The position numbers and the translations under genes were made by a program. Positions 1-9,777 of a DNA stretch of 64,000 bases are shown here, piece after piece (position 1 is the stretch's first letter; each line of letters starts with the position of its first letter). The stretch covers positions 1,728,001 to 1,792,000 of the forward strand of contig OZ252244.1 of the NCBI GenBank assembly GCA_965249575.1, written 5' to 3'. The notes below the pieces were generated by a model that saw only the letters and a list, made by a program, of their open reading frames with translations, did not search any database and was not told the DNA's origin. This DNA is from Gemmatimonadales bacterium. Its GTDB lineage: Bacteria > Gemmatimonadota > Gemmatimonadetes > Gemmatimonadales > GWC2-71-9.

Positions 1-1
1 G

Positions 2-379
2 ATACCTGCTCTCGCCCCGACGGGGCGGGGTGCCGATCACACCGAGCACACTGGCGTTGTAGGGGATCTGAACCTTCGATTTTTCCTGAGTTACTACGAG
101 CCCCTTCTTAGTAAACGCGACGCTTCTGGCGATCACGGGTGGAGGGACGTCGAGCAGCGCCTTGCCCTCGAGGATCACCGAGCGGAGGCCGATCTCATCG
201 AGACTGCGGGCGGCCTTTCCCAGCTTGCCTCGGTCCTTATCGGCGAGCCATACCTCCGGGGCGGGGAAATTCACCTTGAGTCCCGCCTCCGCGGCGCTCA
301 GACCAAGACAGCGTGCCGCCTCGTGCTGGTCGACGATATCGTGGGGGGGATCGGAGACGAGGTGCGCGGGATTCTTCAT
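2..379 (-). CDS. Hypothetical protein, partial (runs off the left edge)
   Basis: Manual translation from ATG at 379 (MKNPAHLVSDPPHDIVDQHEAARCLGL...) stays open to the window edge; not in the ORF track. Confidence 0.55.
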   Translation of the reverse strand, partial: MKNPAHLVSDPPHDIVDQHEAARCLGLSAAEAGLKVNFPAPEVWLADKDRGKLGKAARSLDEIGLRSVILEGKALLDVPPPVIARSVAFTKKGLVVTQEKSKVQIPYNASVLGVIGTPPRRGESRY

Positions 380-714
380 GTCACTCTGAACCTTCCAGTG
401 CCGGCCCCGCGGGCGTCGGGGCACGCCCGCGGGTTCACGAAAGCATCCAGTCAAGTGGCATCTGCACGCCCGTTCGCAGCTCCACTAAGATAGCGACCTC
501 TGACCGTGAAGGTGTCGCCAGATGCGGTGGGTGGCCAGTGGTCCGTTGCCCAGCGATCGGGGATCAATCGGCGCCCGCTCTCCGCAATCCACTCAACTTG
601 CGGGCCACGCCGGAGACGGCAAGTTCATTGGCGTGTCGGCCGGGCCAGGACCGCGAAGACGATGGGGACCGGCGCGGCCGGGCCTCGGGGAGTCGCATCC
701 GTCATGACCACCCT

Positions 715-1884
715 ATGAGCGCACCCAAGTTAGCCATCATCGGCGCCGCGGGAACGCAGGCTCGAGCCATGTTGCGGGCGCTTTCCCGCGCGCTCGACCT
801 GTCCGGTTCGGTGGCGATCGACATTCGTTGGCCCGGCCCGGCGCGCAAGGAGATCGAGTCGCTGGGTGCAGAGATCATCTCGGGGAATGCGAGCGGCGAG
901 TCGAGGCAGAGGCTGATCGAAGAGCGTGCTGACATCCGGCTCGTGGTGAATCTTGCCGGGCCCTTCTACGCCATCGGTACCTCTGTTTTGGAGCTGGCGC
1001 TCGAGCTCGGCACCGATTACCTGGATATCTGCGACGACGCCGACGCCACCGAGGCACTCCTCGGACTACACGAGGAGGCAAGAGTGGCCAACGCACGTGC
1101 GCTCGTTGGGATGGGGTCGGCACCGGGAACGACAAACATCCTGGTGCGAACGGCCGTCGACGCGCTCCGGAAGCCGGAACAGACCAACGTCGCGCTCAAA
1201 TGGATCGTCGATCGAGCCGACATGACACCTGCTGCGCTCGACCACGCGTTTCAATGCCTGTCAACGGCTCTCCCCGGGGTTGCACACGTGCCGCAATGGG
1301 AAGATCTGGATCCCCACTACGTCGATTTTCCCTCTCCGATCGGGCGTCAACTGGTCATTCGACATGGTCATCCTGAGCCCCTGACTCTACCCCGGTTCTT
1401 GGGGGTCCGCAGCGCCACAAATCACGGTGGCGTTTCACCTCCGGAGTACCAGCACCTCGTTTGGGCCCTGGCTCGGCAGCTCCCCCAGGACACCAAGGAG
1501 CACCGCGGCCATGGAGAGCGCTTGCATGACGTTCTCAAGGGCTACGACCGCATCGCCTCCGTGGAGAACCGGTCCGGCTCCGGTTTACAGATTGACGTGA
1601 CGGCCGACGGGAAGGGCTACCGGTTCGAGTCCGGATCGGACATGGCCATGGAAGATGCAACCGGAATTCCGGCTGCTGCGGGAGTGCTCTCCATGCTTGA
1701 CCGTGCACTTCCCGAACCGGGGGTTTGGGCACCGGAATGTCTGGACCCAAAGGCATTCTTCGATCGGATGCGCCTCGTATCGCCCGGAGGAGGTGGACTC
1801 CACCTGCTCGAGCTCAAGGACGGCAAACCGGTTGGGCGGGCGCGGATTCGCGACCTGCTGAAACACGGCGCTCAGCGGCGTTGA
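715..1884 (+). CDS. Saccharopine dehydrogenase-like NAD(P)-binding oxidoreductase
   Basis: AIIGAAG Rossmann start; NLAGPF, DYLDICDD and GMGSAPG motifs; start moved to ATG 715. Confidence 0.8.
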   Translation: MSAPKLAIIGAAGTQARAMLRALSRALDLSGSVAIDIRWPGPARKEIESLGAEIISGNASGESRQRLIEERADIRLVVNLAGPFYAIGTSVLELALELGTDYLDICDDADATEALLGLHEEARVANARALVGMGSAPGTTNILVRTAVDALRKPEQTNVALKWIVDRADMTPAALDHAFQCLSTALPGVAHVPQWEDLDPHYVDFPSPIGRQLVIRHGHPEPLTLPRFLGVRSATNHGGVSPPEYQHLVWALARQLPQDTKEHRGHGERLHDVLKGYDRIASVENRSGSGLQIDVTADGKGYRFESGSDMAMEDATGIPAAAGVLSMLDRALPEPGVWAPECLDPKAFFDRMRLVSPGGGGLHLLELKDGKPVGRARIRDLLKHGAQRR

Positions 1885-2516
1885 TCCGGGCGGTCCTGTT
1901 CGATCTTGGCGGTGTCGTGCTCGAATCGCCAATGGACTTCATTGCCCGGTTCGAGCGCAAGCACGGACTACCCGAACACGCGGTCAGCCAGTTGATCGGG
2001 GACTATGCCAGGAGGTCGGACGGCCTCTGGCACCGGCTCGAGCGCGGAGAAATCGGGATTCAGCAGTTCTATCGCCTGTTTGCCGCCGCCGCCGCCGCCG
2101 TGGGCGTGGTGAAGATTCCGATTCCGGAGTTGATGCGGGGAATCGAGAGACACGGCGTGGTCCGGCCGCTTATGCTCCGAGCAGTGCGAACCATCCGGCA
2201 ACGCGGGCTCAAAGTGGGCGTGATCACCAACAACTGGCTTTCGGAAGACAACCCCGACCGTTTCGAATCCCTGCGCGCCGAATTCCACGTGTTCGTGGAA
2301 TCGTGGCGCCTGGGCAGGCGAAAACCGGAAACGGACATGTACGAATTCGCGTGCCGTGAGCTGGCGATTCAACCGCCGGACGCTGTGTTCCTCGACGACA
2401 TCGGCGCCAACCTCAAGGCCGCCCGCGCCCTGGGCATGAGTACCGTCAAGGTGAGCGATCCGGCGCTCGCGCTGGGAGAGCTAGCCACGCTCATCGGCGT
2501 GAACTCACTACCGTAA
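1881..2516 (+). CDS. HAD-family phosphatase (sEH-N/ACAD10-N-like)
   Basis: FDLGGV, ITNNW, RKP and FLDDIGANL motifs; TTG start overlaps the upstream stop. Confidence 0.85.
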   Translation: MIRAVLFDLGGVVLESPMDFIARFERKHGLPEHAVSQLIGDYARRSDGLWHRLERGEIGIQQFYRLFAAAAAAVGVVKIPIPELMRGIERHGVVRPLMLRAVRTIRQRGLKVGVITNNWLSEDNPDRFESLRAEFHVFVESWRLGRRKPETDMYEFACRELAIQPPDAVFLDDIGANLKAARALGMSTVKVSDPALALGELATLIGVNSLP

Positions 2517-2574
2517 CACCCACCTTCGATCTGCCAATCGGTTCGGGCTTTCAATGGCCGGATCGGGTGTCCGG

Positions 2575-3789
2575 TTAGTCTCGGCGGGCGGTCTTTTTGA
2601 GCTCCTGTTTTGCCACGGTCACCCGGTGAACCTCATCCGGGCCGTCCGCGATCCGCAGGGTGCGGGCCTCCGCCCATGCGTGCGCCAATCCGAAGTCCTC
2701 GCACACCCCCGCGCCTCCATGCACCTGAATTGCCCGATCGATCACTCGAAGCGCGACGGACGGAGCAACGACCTTGATCATCGCGATCTCAGCCCGCGCT
2801 TTCCTTGCCCCGTCAGTGTCCATCATCCGCGCGGCCTTCAGAGTGAGTAGCCTGGCTTGCTCGATCTCCATTCGCGAGTCAGCGATGGATTCCATGACCA
2901 CGCCCTGTTCTGCAAGCGATCTGCCGAAAGCCACGCGCCCCGTAGCCCTGGCGCACATCTCCTCCAGCGATCGCTCGGCCAGCCCTATCAGGCGCATGCA
3001 ATGGTGGATTCGCCCGGGGCCGAGTCGGCCCTGAGCGATCTCGAAGCCTCGCCCTTCGCCTAGCAAGAGATTTGACCGCGGGACCCGCACGTTTTCGAAC
3101 GCGACCTCCCAATGTCCGATCGGAGCGTGATCGTAACCGAACACCGAAAGGGACCGCACGAGTGTTACGCCCGGGGTCTTTCTCGGTACCAGGATCATCG
3201 ACTGCTGTTCGTGACGTGCCGCGCTCGGATCGGTCTTTCCCATCACAATCAAGATGTGACAGCGGTCTCGCCCCGCCGCGGTTACCCACCACTTGCGACC
3301 ATTAACGATGTAATCGTCTCCGGACCGCTCGATACTGGCCTCTATGTTCGTGGCGTCGGAGGAGGCCACCTCAGGCTCGGTCATGGCGAAGGCCGAGCGA
3401 ACCTCCCCCTCGAGAAGGGGCGCCAACCACTCTCTTTTTTGCTCATCCGAACCGTACCGCGCGAGCACCTCCATGTTACCGGTATCCGGTGCGGAGCAAT
3501 TGAAGACCTCGGGAGCGAGCCGTGACCGTCCCATGATCTCGCAGAGGGGGGCGTACTCCAGGTTCGAGAGTCCGACGCCGTGTGTCGTGTCGGGCATGAG
3601 CAGATTCCAAAGTTGGGCCGCCTTCGCCTTGGACTGCAGCTCCTTCATGATCGGCGGGTCCACCCAGCGACTCGCCCCGGCTTCGACCTGCTCGAAGTAG
3701 AGGTTCTCGTTGGGGTAGACGTGTTCGTCCATGAACGCGTGAAGACGCGCCTGGAGCGTTTTGGCATTGGGCGGGTATTCGGAATCCAT
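2575..3789 (-). CDS. Acyl-CoA dehydrogenase (ACAD10/11, LvaC-like)
   Basis: [44 protein letters not shown] and [10 protein letters not shown] motifs. Confidence 0.92.
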   Translation of the reverse strand: MDSEYPPNAKTLQARLHAFMDEHVYPNENLYFEQVEAGASRWVDPPIMKELQSKAKAAQLWNLLMPDTTHGVGLSNLEYAPLCEIMGRSRLAPEVFNCSAPDTGNMEVLARYGSDEQKREWLAPLLEGEVRSAFAMTEPEVASSDATNIEASIERSGDDYIVNGRKWWVTAAGRDRCHILIVMGKTDPSAARHEQQSMILVPRKTPGVTLVRSLSVFGYDHAPIGHWEVAFENVRVPRSNLLLGEGRGFEIAQGRLGPGRIHHCMRLIGLAERSLEEMCARATGRVAFGRSLAEQGVVMESIADSRMEIEQARLLTLKAARMMDTDGARKARAEIAMIKVVAPSVALRVIDRAIQVHGGAGVCEDFGLAHAWAEARTLRIADGPDEVHRVTVAKQELKKTARRD

Positions 3790-4105
3790 TTGGCGCTTTC
3801 TCACCCGGCATTCTCGGCGAAGTCGCCCGAGCGAGCACATTAAGGCTCGAGTCGTCAAATCGGTGCCCGCGGTCCACCGTACGGCACTAGGCTAGAGGGA
3901 GATGGTACGCCAGCCACAGCACGCCAGGCAAGCCCAGATCGAGCGTTTGCGCTCGACCGTGGAAACGGAGAGATTCTCCAACCCTTTCCGTGAAGTCGAG
4001 CGACCGAGTCGCCCGCCTTCGACTCGAGACTCGGAGAGACGGAAACGGCCGGAGCCAAGGGGAACTCCAACCGAGAGTGGCACGGTGAAGGCTGTCGAGA
4101 GCCTG

Positions 4106-5851
4106 ATGAGGCTTGTGGGATCGGAGAACTCCACGATTCCCGACGTGCTCCTAGCCCGGGCCAGCGCCAGTCCGGACAAGCCGTTCCTGTACTGGGATCG
4201 GCAACGGTGGACCTTCGCCCAGGCGGTTGAGAAGATCCAGCGGTTCAGTGGCTTTCTCGATACTCTTTCCCGGCCAAAGGGGCGGCCCCGGGTGGTCAGT
4301 TACCTCGGCAATCGGCCGGAGGCGCTCTGGGGTTGGCTGGGAACGGTGTGGAACGGAACGATCTCGGTGGCGATCAACCGCCAGCACAAGGGACACCTGC
4401 TGGCGAGCATGCTGTCGCGCTCGAAGGCCAGCATCTTGGTGACGGAGTCTTCCGCGATAGGCGCCCTACCGGATCTCCCGGCGCTCGGCATCGACACCGT
4501 CATCCTGGCCGGCGAGGACCTCGACGAGACCTCGGTCGCCGGAGCGCGCGCGGTGCCTTTCCGGGGTGTCGAGCAGGCCCCCCTCGGCGACGCGCGCCGG
4601 CCCGATCCGCCCGCAGCCGCGAGCGTCCTATACACCTCGGGCATTACTGGACCGTCCAAGGCTGTCCTGGTACCTCACAACCAGTATTGCCGGGGCGCGG
4701 CGCGGCTGGTCGACGCCTACGGCTTCGACGGCAACGACGTGTTTCACAACTGGCTTCCACTGAGCCACCTGGGTGGCCAGTTGCACATGACGATGTGTGC
4801 CGTGATCGCCGGCGGCTCGACCGCGCTCTTCCCGACCTTTTCGCGCAGCCGTTTCTGGCAGCAAGTGGCTGACGTGAATGCCACCGTGATTTGTGGCTTT
4901 GCAGCCATCATGAACATGATCTGGTCGCTGCCCGATTCGCCCCGGGATCGACAGAACACCCTGCGCGCCGGCATAATCGCCGGCGTGCCCGAAGAGCTGC
5001 ACGAACCCTTCGAGCGTCGTTTCGACATTACCGTTGCAGAGCAGTACGGAATGACCGAGGCTGATCCAGTGACCCTACGTCGGCCCGGCGTCGAACCCCC
5101 AACCGCCTCGTGCGGGCTGCCATCGGACGATTTCGAGGTCGAGATTGCGGACCACGAGGGTTCGCGCGTATCGCCCGGCACACGGGGCGAGATTTGCATC
5201 CGTCCTCGGGCGTCCGGAGTAATGGCGATCGGCTACGAGGACGACCCGGCCGCGACTCGTGCAGCGTATCGCGGCGGTTGGTTCCACACGGGTGATCTGG
5301 GTTTCATGGACGAAAAGGGGTTTCTGTACTTTGCCGGCCGCCTCGAGGGATCCATTCGGCGAAGGGGAGAGAACATCTCCGCCAGTGAGGTCGAGGCGAC
5401 CCTGCTGGAGCATCCTGACGTCACCGAGTGCGCTGCCGTCGGCGTGCCTTCAAGTCTGGGCGAAGAAGAGGTCAAGGTCGTCGTAGTCACGACCCCCGAC
5501 AGCAGACTGGATCCAGCAGGCCTACACGCCTTCGCAGCCGAGCGGATGGCCCGGTTCATGGTACCGCGATACATCGAGGTCCGCGATCGGCTTCCAAAGA
5601 CGGAGCTCGGCAAGGTGAGGAAAGAGACCCTGCAGATTGTCGAGAGGAACACATGGGACGCCCAGGCCGCCCGTGGCTCCGGGGGAGGCCGAGCGTGGAG
5701 CCACCCCGCGGATCCTCGAGAGGGAGGAGCAAACTGCAGCGTTCGGCAGAACGGTTCGCCGGTGCCGGCGAGGTGCGCGAAGGACACGGCTTCGACGTCC
5801 GGTCCTTGGAACTGTTCCTGTCCGAGCGCCTGGGTGATTTCCCCTCAGTAG
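4106..5851 (+). CDS. AMP-binding acyl-CoA ligase (CaiC-like)
   Basis: YTSGITG, YGMTE, FHTGDLG, RRRGENIS and LPKT.LGK motifs; start uncertain; 3' tail overlaps the next gene. Confidence 0.88.
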   Translation: MRLVGSENSTIPDVLLARASASPDKPFLYWDRQRWTFAQAVEKIQRFSGFLDTLSRPKGRPRVVSYLGNRPEALWGWLGTVWNGTISVAINRQHKGHLLASMLSRSKASILVTESSAIGALPDLPALGIDTVILAGEDLDETSVAGARAVPFRGVEQAPLGDARRPDPPAAASVLYTSGITGPSKAVLVPHNQYCRGAARLVDAYGFDGNDVFHNWLPLSHLGGQLHMTMCAVIAGGSTALFPTFSRSRFWQQVADVNATVICGFAAIMNMIWSLPDSPRDRQNTLRAGIIAGVPEELHEPFERRFDITVAEQYGMTEADPVTLRRPGVEPPTASCGLPSDDFEVEIADHEGSRVSPGTRGEICIRPRASGVMAIGYEDDPAATRAAYRGGWFHTGDLGFMDEKGFLYFAGRLEGSIRRRGENISASEVEATLLEHPDVTECAAVGVPSSLGEEEVKVVVVTTPDSRLDPAGLHAFAAERMARFMVPRYIEVRDRLPKTELGKVRKETLQIVERNTWDAQAARGSGGGRAWSHPADPREGGANCSVRQNGSPVPARCAKDTASTSGPWNCSCPSAWVISPQ

Positions 5852-6813
5852 TATCGGTTCAGCAGTTTCGGGGCGGCCAGTCTAATCCGACCTATCTGCT
5901 ACACACCGGAGGTGGGAAATACGTCCTCCGGCGCCGCCCGCCGGGTGAGTTGTTGCAATCAGCCCACGCGGTCGACCGGGAGTATCGGGTCACGAGCGCG
6001 CTGTGCGACGCCGGAGTGCCCGTTGCCAGGCCACTGGTCCTGTGTGAGGACGACGCCGTGATCGGGACCTCTTTCTTCCTCATGGAATTCGTCGAAGGCC
6101 GAGTCTTCTGGGAGCCCCAGCTGCCCGAGCTAGGGGTTCTCGACCGGGTGCACGTGTATGATGCCATGAACGAGTGCCTCGCCGGCCTCCATGGCGTAGA
6201 CCCAACCGCGGTGGGACTTGGGAGCTTTGGCCGGCCGGGTGACTATTTTCAGCGCCAGATCTCCCGCTGGTCGCGGCAATATCTCCAGACGGAGCCGGAG
6301 CCGTTACCCGCGATGCGGGGACTCATCGACTGGCTTCCGGAGAACATGCCGGCAGCGAATAGCCGAGCCGGCATCATCCACGGTGATTACCGGCTGGACA
6401 ATATGATCTTCCACCGGACCGAGCCCCGAGTGTTGGCCATCATCGACTGGGAGCTGTCCACGCTCGGCGATCCGCTCGCGGATTTGAGCTATCAATGCAT
6501 GCAGTGGCGTCTGCAAGCCGGTGCGTTCGGGAGCCTCGAGGGGGTGGATCGAGCCGCTTTAGGCCTGCCCGACGAGGGGGAGTACGTGGCCGCGTATTGT
6601 GCGCGCACCGGAAGAGCGGTCGTGGAGCACTGGGAGCATTACATCGTGTACAACATGTTTCGGCTCGCGGCCATCCTGTTCGGCGTTGGAGCGCGGGCCC
6701 GATCCGGAACGGCGGCAAGTGGGGAAGCGCAGGCGATGAGCGTCCACGCCGCCCCGATCGCCGAGCACGCATGGGATCTGGCTCGGATCCTTGGAGCATC
6801 GGGCCGACCATGA
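5695..6813 (+). CDS. APH-family phosphotransferase (ACAD10/11 kinase domain, LvaA-like)
   Basis: GGQSNPTY, SAHAVDREY, HGDYRLDN and IIDWELSTLGDPLADL motifs; GTG 5695 follows GGAGG. Confidence 0.9.
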   Translation: MEPPRGSSRGRSKLQRSAERFAGAGEVREGHGFDVRSLELFLSERLGDFPSVVSVQQFRGGQSNPTYLLHTGGGKYVLRRRPPGELLQSAHAVDREYRVTSALCDAGVPVARPLVLCEDDAVIGTSFFLMEFVEGRVFWEPQLPELGVLDRVHVYDAMNECLAGLHGVDPTAVGLGSFGRPGDYFQRQISRWSRQYLQTEPEPLPAMRGLIDWLPENMPAANSRAGIIHGDYRLDNMIFHRTEPRVLAIIDWELSTLGDPLADLSYQCMQWRLQAGAFGSLEGVDRAALGLPDEGEYVAAYCARTGRAVVEHWEHYIVYNMFRLAAILFGVGARARSGTAASGEAQAMSVHAAPIAEHAWDLARILGASGRP

Positions 6814-6843
6814 CCCTGAGGGCTTGAGGGGAGACCTCTCGCA

Positions 6844-7623
6844 ATGGACCAACTCGTTGTACGGGATCGGCGGGATGCAGTCGAGATCGTCACGATCAAT
6901 CGACCCCGCGTCCACAACTGCATCGACGGAGAAACGGCGCTGGCGGTCAAGGAGGCGTTCGACGAGCTCGAGCGGGACGATGAGGTCAGGGTCGTCATCC
7001 TCACGGGAGCCGGTCCGTCGTTCAGCAGCGGCCTCGACCTCAAGAGGCTCGCCCGCGAGGGCCCGGGCCTGATCGCCAAGGTGATATTCGAGGAGACCGG
7101 CTGGGCGGGACTTGGGAAGCGGTTCTTTCCGAAACCTCTCATCGCGGCAGTGCACGGACATGCGTTGGCTGGTGGTCTCGAGCTGCCGCTCTCATGTGAC
7201 TTCATCGTGGCCTCCGACGATGCCAAGCTCGGCTTCAACGAAGCGACGCTCGGCCCGATAGCGGACGCCGGCGGCTGCTTCCGCCTCCCCAAGTGGGTTC
7301 CGCTACCGCTCGCTCGCGAGATGCTCATGACCGGCACGCCGATCGACGCACGCCGCGCGTTCGAAGTCGGTCTGGTAAATCATGTCGTGCCGCGTGGCCA
7401 ACTCATGGCAACCGCGCTCGAGATCGCGCACGCGATCGCGCGAAACTCCACGGTGTCCATGGCCATCATGAAGCGCCTGATCGCCGAAACACAGGACCGG
7501 CCCGAGAAGGACGCCTGGGAGATCAACGATGGGTACATGCGTCAGTCCATGGAGACCGAGGCCTTCATGGAAGGGCCACGGGCGTTCGCGGAGCGGCGGC
7601 GTCCAGATTTCTCGGGGCGCTGA
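6844..7623 (+). CDS. Enoyl-CoA hydratase/isomerase family protein
   Basis: FSSGLDL, KPLIAAVHGHALAGGLEL and EGPRAFAERRRPDF motifs. Confidence 0.9.
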   Translation: MDQLVVRDRRDAVEIVTINRPRVHNCIDGETALAVKEAFDELERDDEVRVVILTGAGPSFSSGLDLKRLAREGPGLIAKVIFEETGWAGLGKRFFPKPLIAAVHGHALAGGLELPLSCDFIVASDDAKLGFNEATLGPIADAGGCFRLPKWVPLPLAREMLMTGTPIDARRAFEVGLVNHVVPRGQLMATALEIAHAIARNSTVSMAIMKRLIAETQDRPEKDAWEINDGYMRQSMETEAFMEGPRAFAERRRPDFSGR

Positions 7624-7664
7624 GGATTGTGGGGACTGATGTGACCCGAACTGCCGGTGTGACA

Positions 7665-8873
7665 ATGCGTATCGTGATCCTGCTGACCGCGCTCGGATTC
7701 ATGGGTCACTTCAATCGCATCGCGATCTCGGTGGCCGGTGCGGAGCGTCTGATGGCGCAGTACGCGATCGAGCCAACGCGCATGGGCCTGGTGTATTCGG
7801 CGTTTCTACTCACCTACACGATCGGCATGATTCCGGCAGGCGTTTTGGCAGACCGGTTCGGACCTTGGCTCATGCTAGGCGTCATGGCGGTGGGTCTCGC
7901 AGCGGGAAGCGTGCTCACCGGTGCAGTAGGCTTTACGGTTGCGGCAGCGTACGTCGTGGTCACACTGCTCATCGTGCGGGGCGCAATGGGGATGTTATCG
8001 GCACCGCTGCACCCTTCGACCGCACGCACCGTTGCCAACTGGGTCCCGGAGCAGGGCCGCACGGGGGCGAACGGACTCACCCTGAGCGGCGCATTCCTGG
8101 GGATCGCGCTCACGTACCACGTGTTCGGTGCGCTGATCGACCGCTTTGACTGGCCAGTGGCGTTCATGATAACCGGCGGCGTCACGCTCCTGGTGGGGAT
8201 CCTGTGGATGGCCTTCGGGGGAGACGCGCCGTCACATCGTCGCGCTGGACCTGCATCCGCGACCCCAAAGGAGGGCGGATGGCTGACTCTGCTGCGTGAC
8301 CGCAGCCTGCTCTTCGTGTCTCTGGCGTACGTCGCGGTCGGTTACTTCGAGTACCTCTTCTTCTACTGGATGCAATACTACTTCAACACGGTGCTGGCCA
8401 TCGGAACCGAGCGCAGCCGGCTCTACTCCACCATCGTCACCCTCGCGATGGTTGCGGGTGTGATCTCCGGCGGCTGGATTACCGATCGGCTCGTGGCCCG
8501 ATGGGGCCTTCGGCGTGGCCGTGCGACCGTCCCGGTTGTCGGCATGATCGCGGGCGCCATCTTCCTAGTGGCGGGGGTGACGGCCCAAACGCCGGTGTGG
8601 GTGATGATCTGGTTCAGCGCCGGTATGTTCTCCGCGACATCCGCCGAGGCACCCTGTTGGGCCACCGCGATCGAGCTGGGGAAGGCGCGTGGCACGACGG
8701 CGGCGGGAATCATGAACACGGGCGCCAACATCGGTGGTTTCGCGGCGCCGATCTTGACCCCGTTGGTAGGCAGCGCGTTCGGCTGGCGGTGGGCGATCTT
8801 ACTCGGCGCGGCGGTGAGCCTGGCCGGTGCCATGTTGTGGCTGGGCGTGAAACCTGCGGAAGACAAGGAGTGA
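7665..8873 (+). CDS. MFS transporter (ACS/ExuT-like)
   Basis: About 12 hydrophobic segments; GVLADRFG and GWITDRL loops. Confidence 0.88.
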   Translation: MRIVILLTALGFMGHFNRIAISVAGAERLMAQYAIEPTRMGLVYSAFLLTYTIGMIPAGVLADRFGPWLMLGVMAVGLAAGSVLTGAVGFTVAAAYVVVTLLIVRGAMGMLSAPLHPSTARTVANWVPEQGRTGANGLTLSGAFLGIALTYHVFGALIDRFDWPVAFMITGGVTLLVGILWMAFGGDAPSHRRAGPASATPKEGGWLTLLRDRSLLFVSLAYVAVGYFEYLFFYWMQYYFNTVLAIGTERSRLYSTIVTLAMVAGVISGGWITDRLVARWGLRRGRATVPVVGMIAGAIFLVAGVTAQTPVWVMIWFSAGMFSATSAEAPCWATAIELGKARGTTAAGIMNTGANIGGFAAPILTPLVGSAFGWRWAILLGAAVSLAGAMLWLGVKPAEDKE

Positions 8874-8879
8874 TCTCAG

Positions 8880-9647
8880 ATGCGCATTAGCGGAAGCAGC
8901 GTCTTGGTGACGGGCGGAGCGTCCGGACTGGGAGCGGCAACCGTTCGGCGATTCGCGGCCGCTGGGGCGCGGGTCACGATCGCCGACCTCGACCACGAGC
9001 TCGGGCAGGAGCTGGCGCGGGACGTCGGCTCCGAAGCCGAGTTCCTCAAGGCCGACGTGACCGACGGGGACGGCATGCGAGTGGTCGTCCGGCAGACGGC
9101 GGAGCGGCAGAAAGGGCTCCACATCACCGTCAACTGCGCCGGCATCGCACCGGCCAAGAAGGTCCTGGGCCGGGAGGGCCCGCACGATCTCGAGTCGTTT
9201 GCGCGCGTGGTACGGGTCAACCTGATTGGGACCTTCAACGTGCTTCGCCTCTCCGCAGAAGCCATGCAGGGATCGAAGCCGAACGACGAGGGCGAGCGGG
9301 GGGTCATCGTCAACACGGCCTCAGTGGCCGCGTTCGAGGGCCAGATCGGACAGGCGGCCTACGCCGCGTCCAAGGCCGGCGTCGCCGGCCTCACGCTGCC
9401 GGCAGCGCGAGAGCTCGCCAGGCACGGCATCCGGGTGGTCGCCATTGCACCCGGGCTGTTCCACACGCCGATGTTCGACGGATTGCCGGAGGCGGCGCGC
9501 GAATCTCTCGGCAAGCAGCCCCCGTTCCCAAATCGACTCGGCCGCCCGGACGAATTCGCGGCGCTGGCCGAACACATCGTGGTGAACCCGATGCTGAACG
9601 GCGAGACGATTAGGCTGGATGGCGCGGTGCGGATGGCCGCTAAGTGA
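8880..9647 (+). CDS. SDR, HSD17B10-like 3-hydroxyacyl-CoA dehydrogenase
   Basis: TGGASGLG, NCAGIA, YAASK and NGETIRLDGAVRM motifs. Confidence 0.92.
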   Translation: MRISGSSVLVTGGASGLGAATVRRFAAAGARVTIADLDHELGQELARDVGSEAEFLKADVTDGDGMRVVVRQTAERQKGLHITVNCAGIAPAKKVLGREGPHDLESFARVVRVNLIGTFNVLRLSAEAMQGSKPNDEGERGVIVNTASVAAFEGQIGQAAYAASKAGVAGLTLPAARELARHGIRVVAIAPGLFHTPMFDGLPEAARESLGKQPPFPNRLGRPDEFAALAEHIVVNPMLNGETIRLDGAVRMAAK

Positions 9648-9777
9648 GGAGGCCCTGCCCTGCCACGGAGTGAGGAGGCCCTTCGACTCCACCCACCTGC
9701 GGTTCCGGCGGGCGCGGGTTGCCCCGCTCACTCCTCACTCCGGGAAGGGTGCGGTGGGGCGGGGACTCCTCACTCCA

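Noticed and set aside
5695..5851. 157-nt ligase/kinase overlap as a programmed frameshift fusion
   Set aside because: The kinase has its own RBS and GTG; a lost stop or an indel in the ligase tail is more likely
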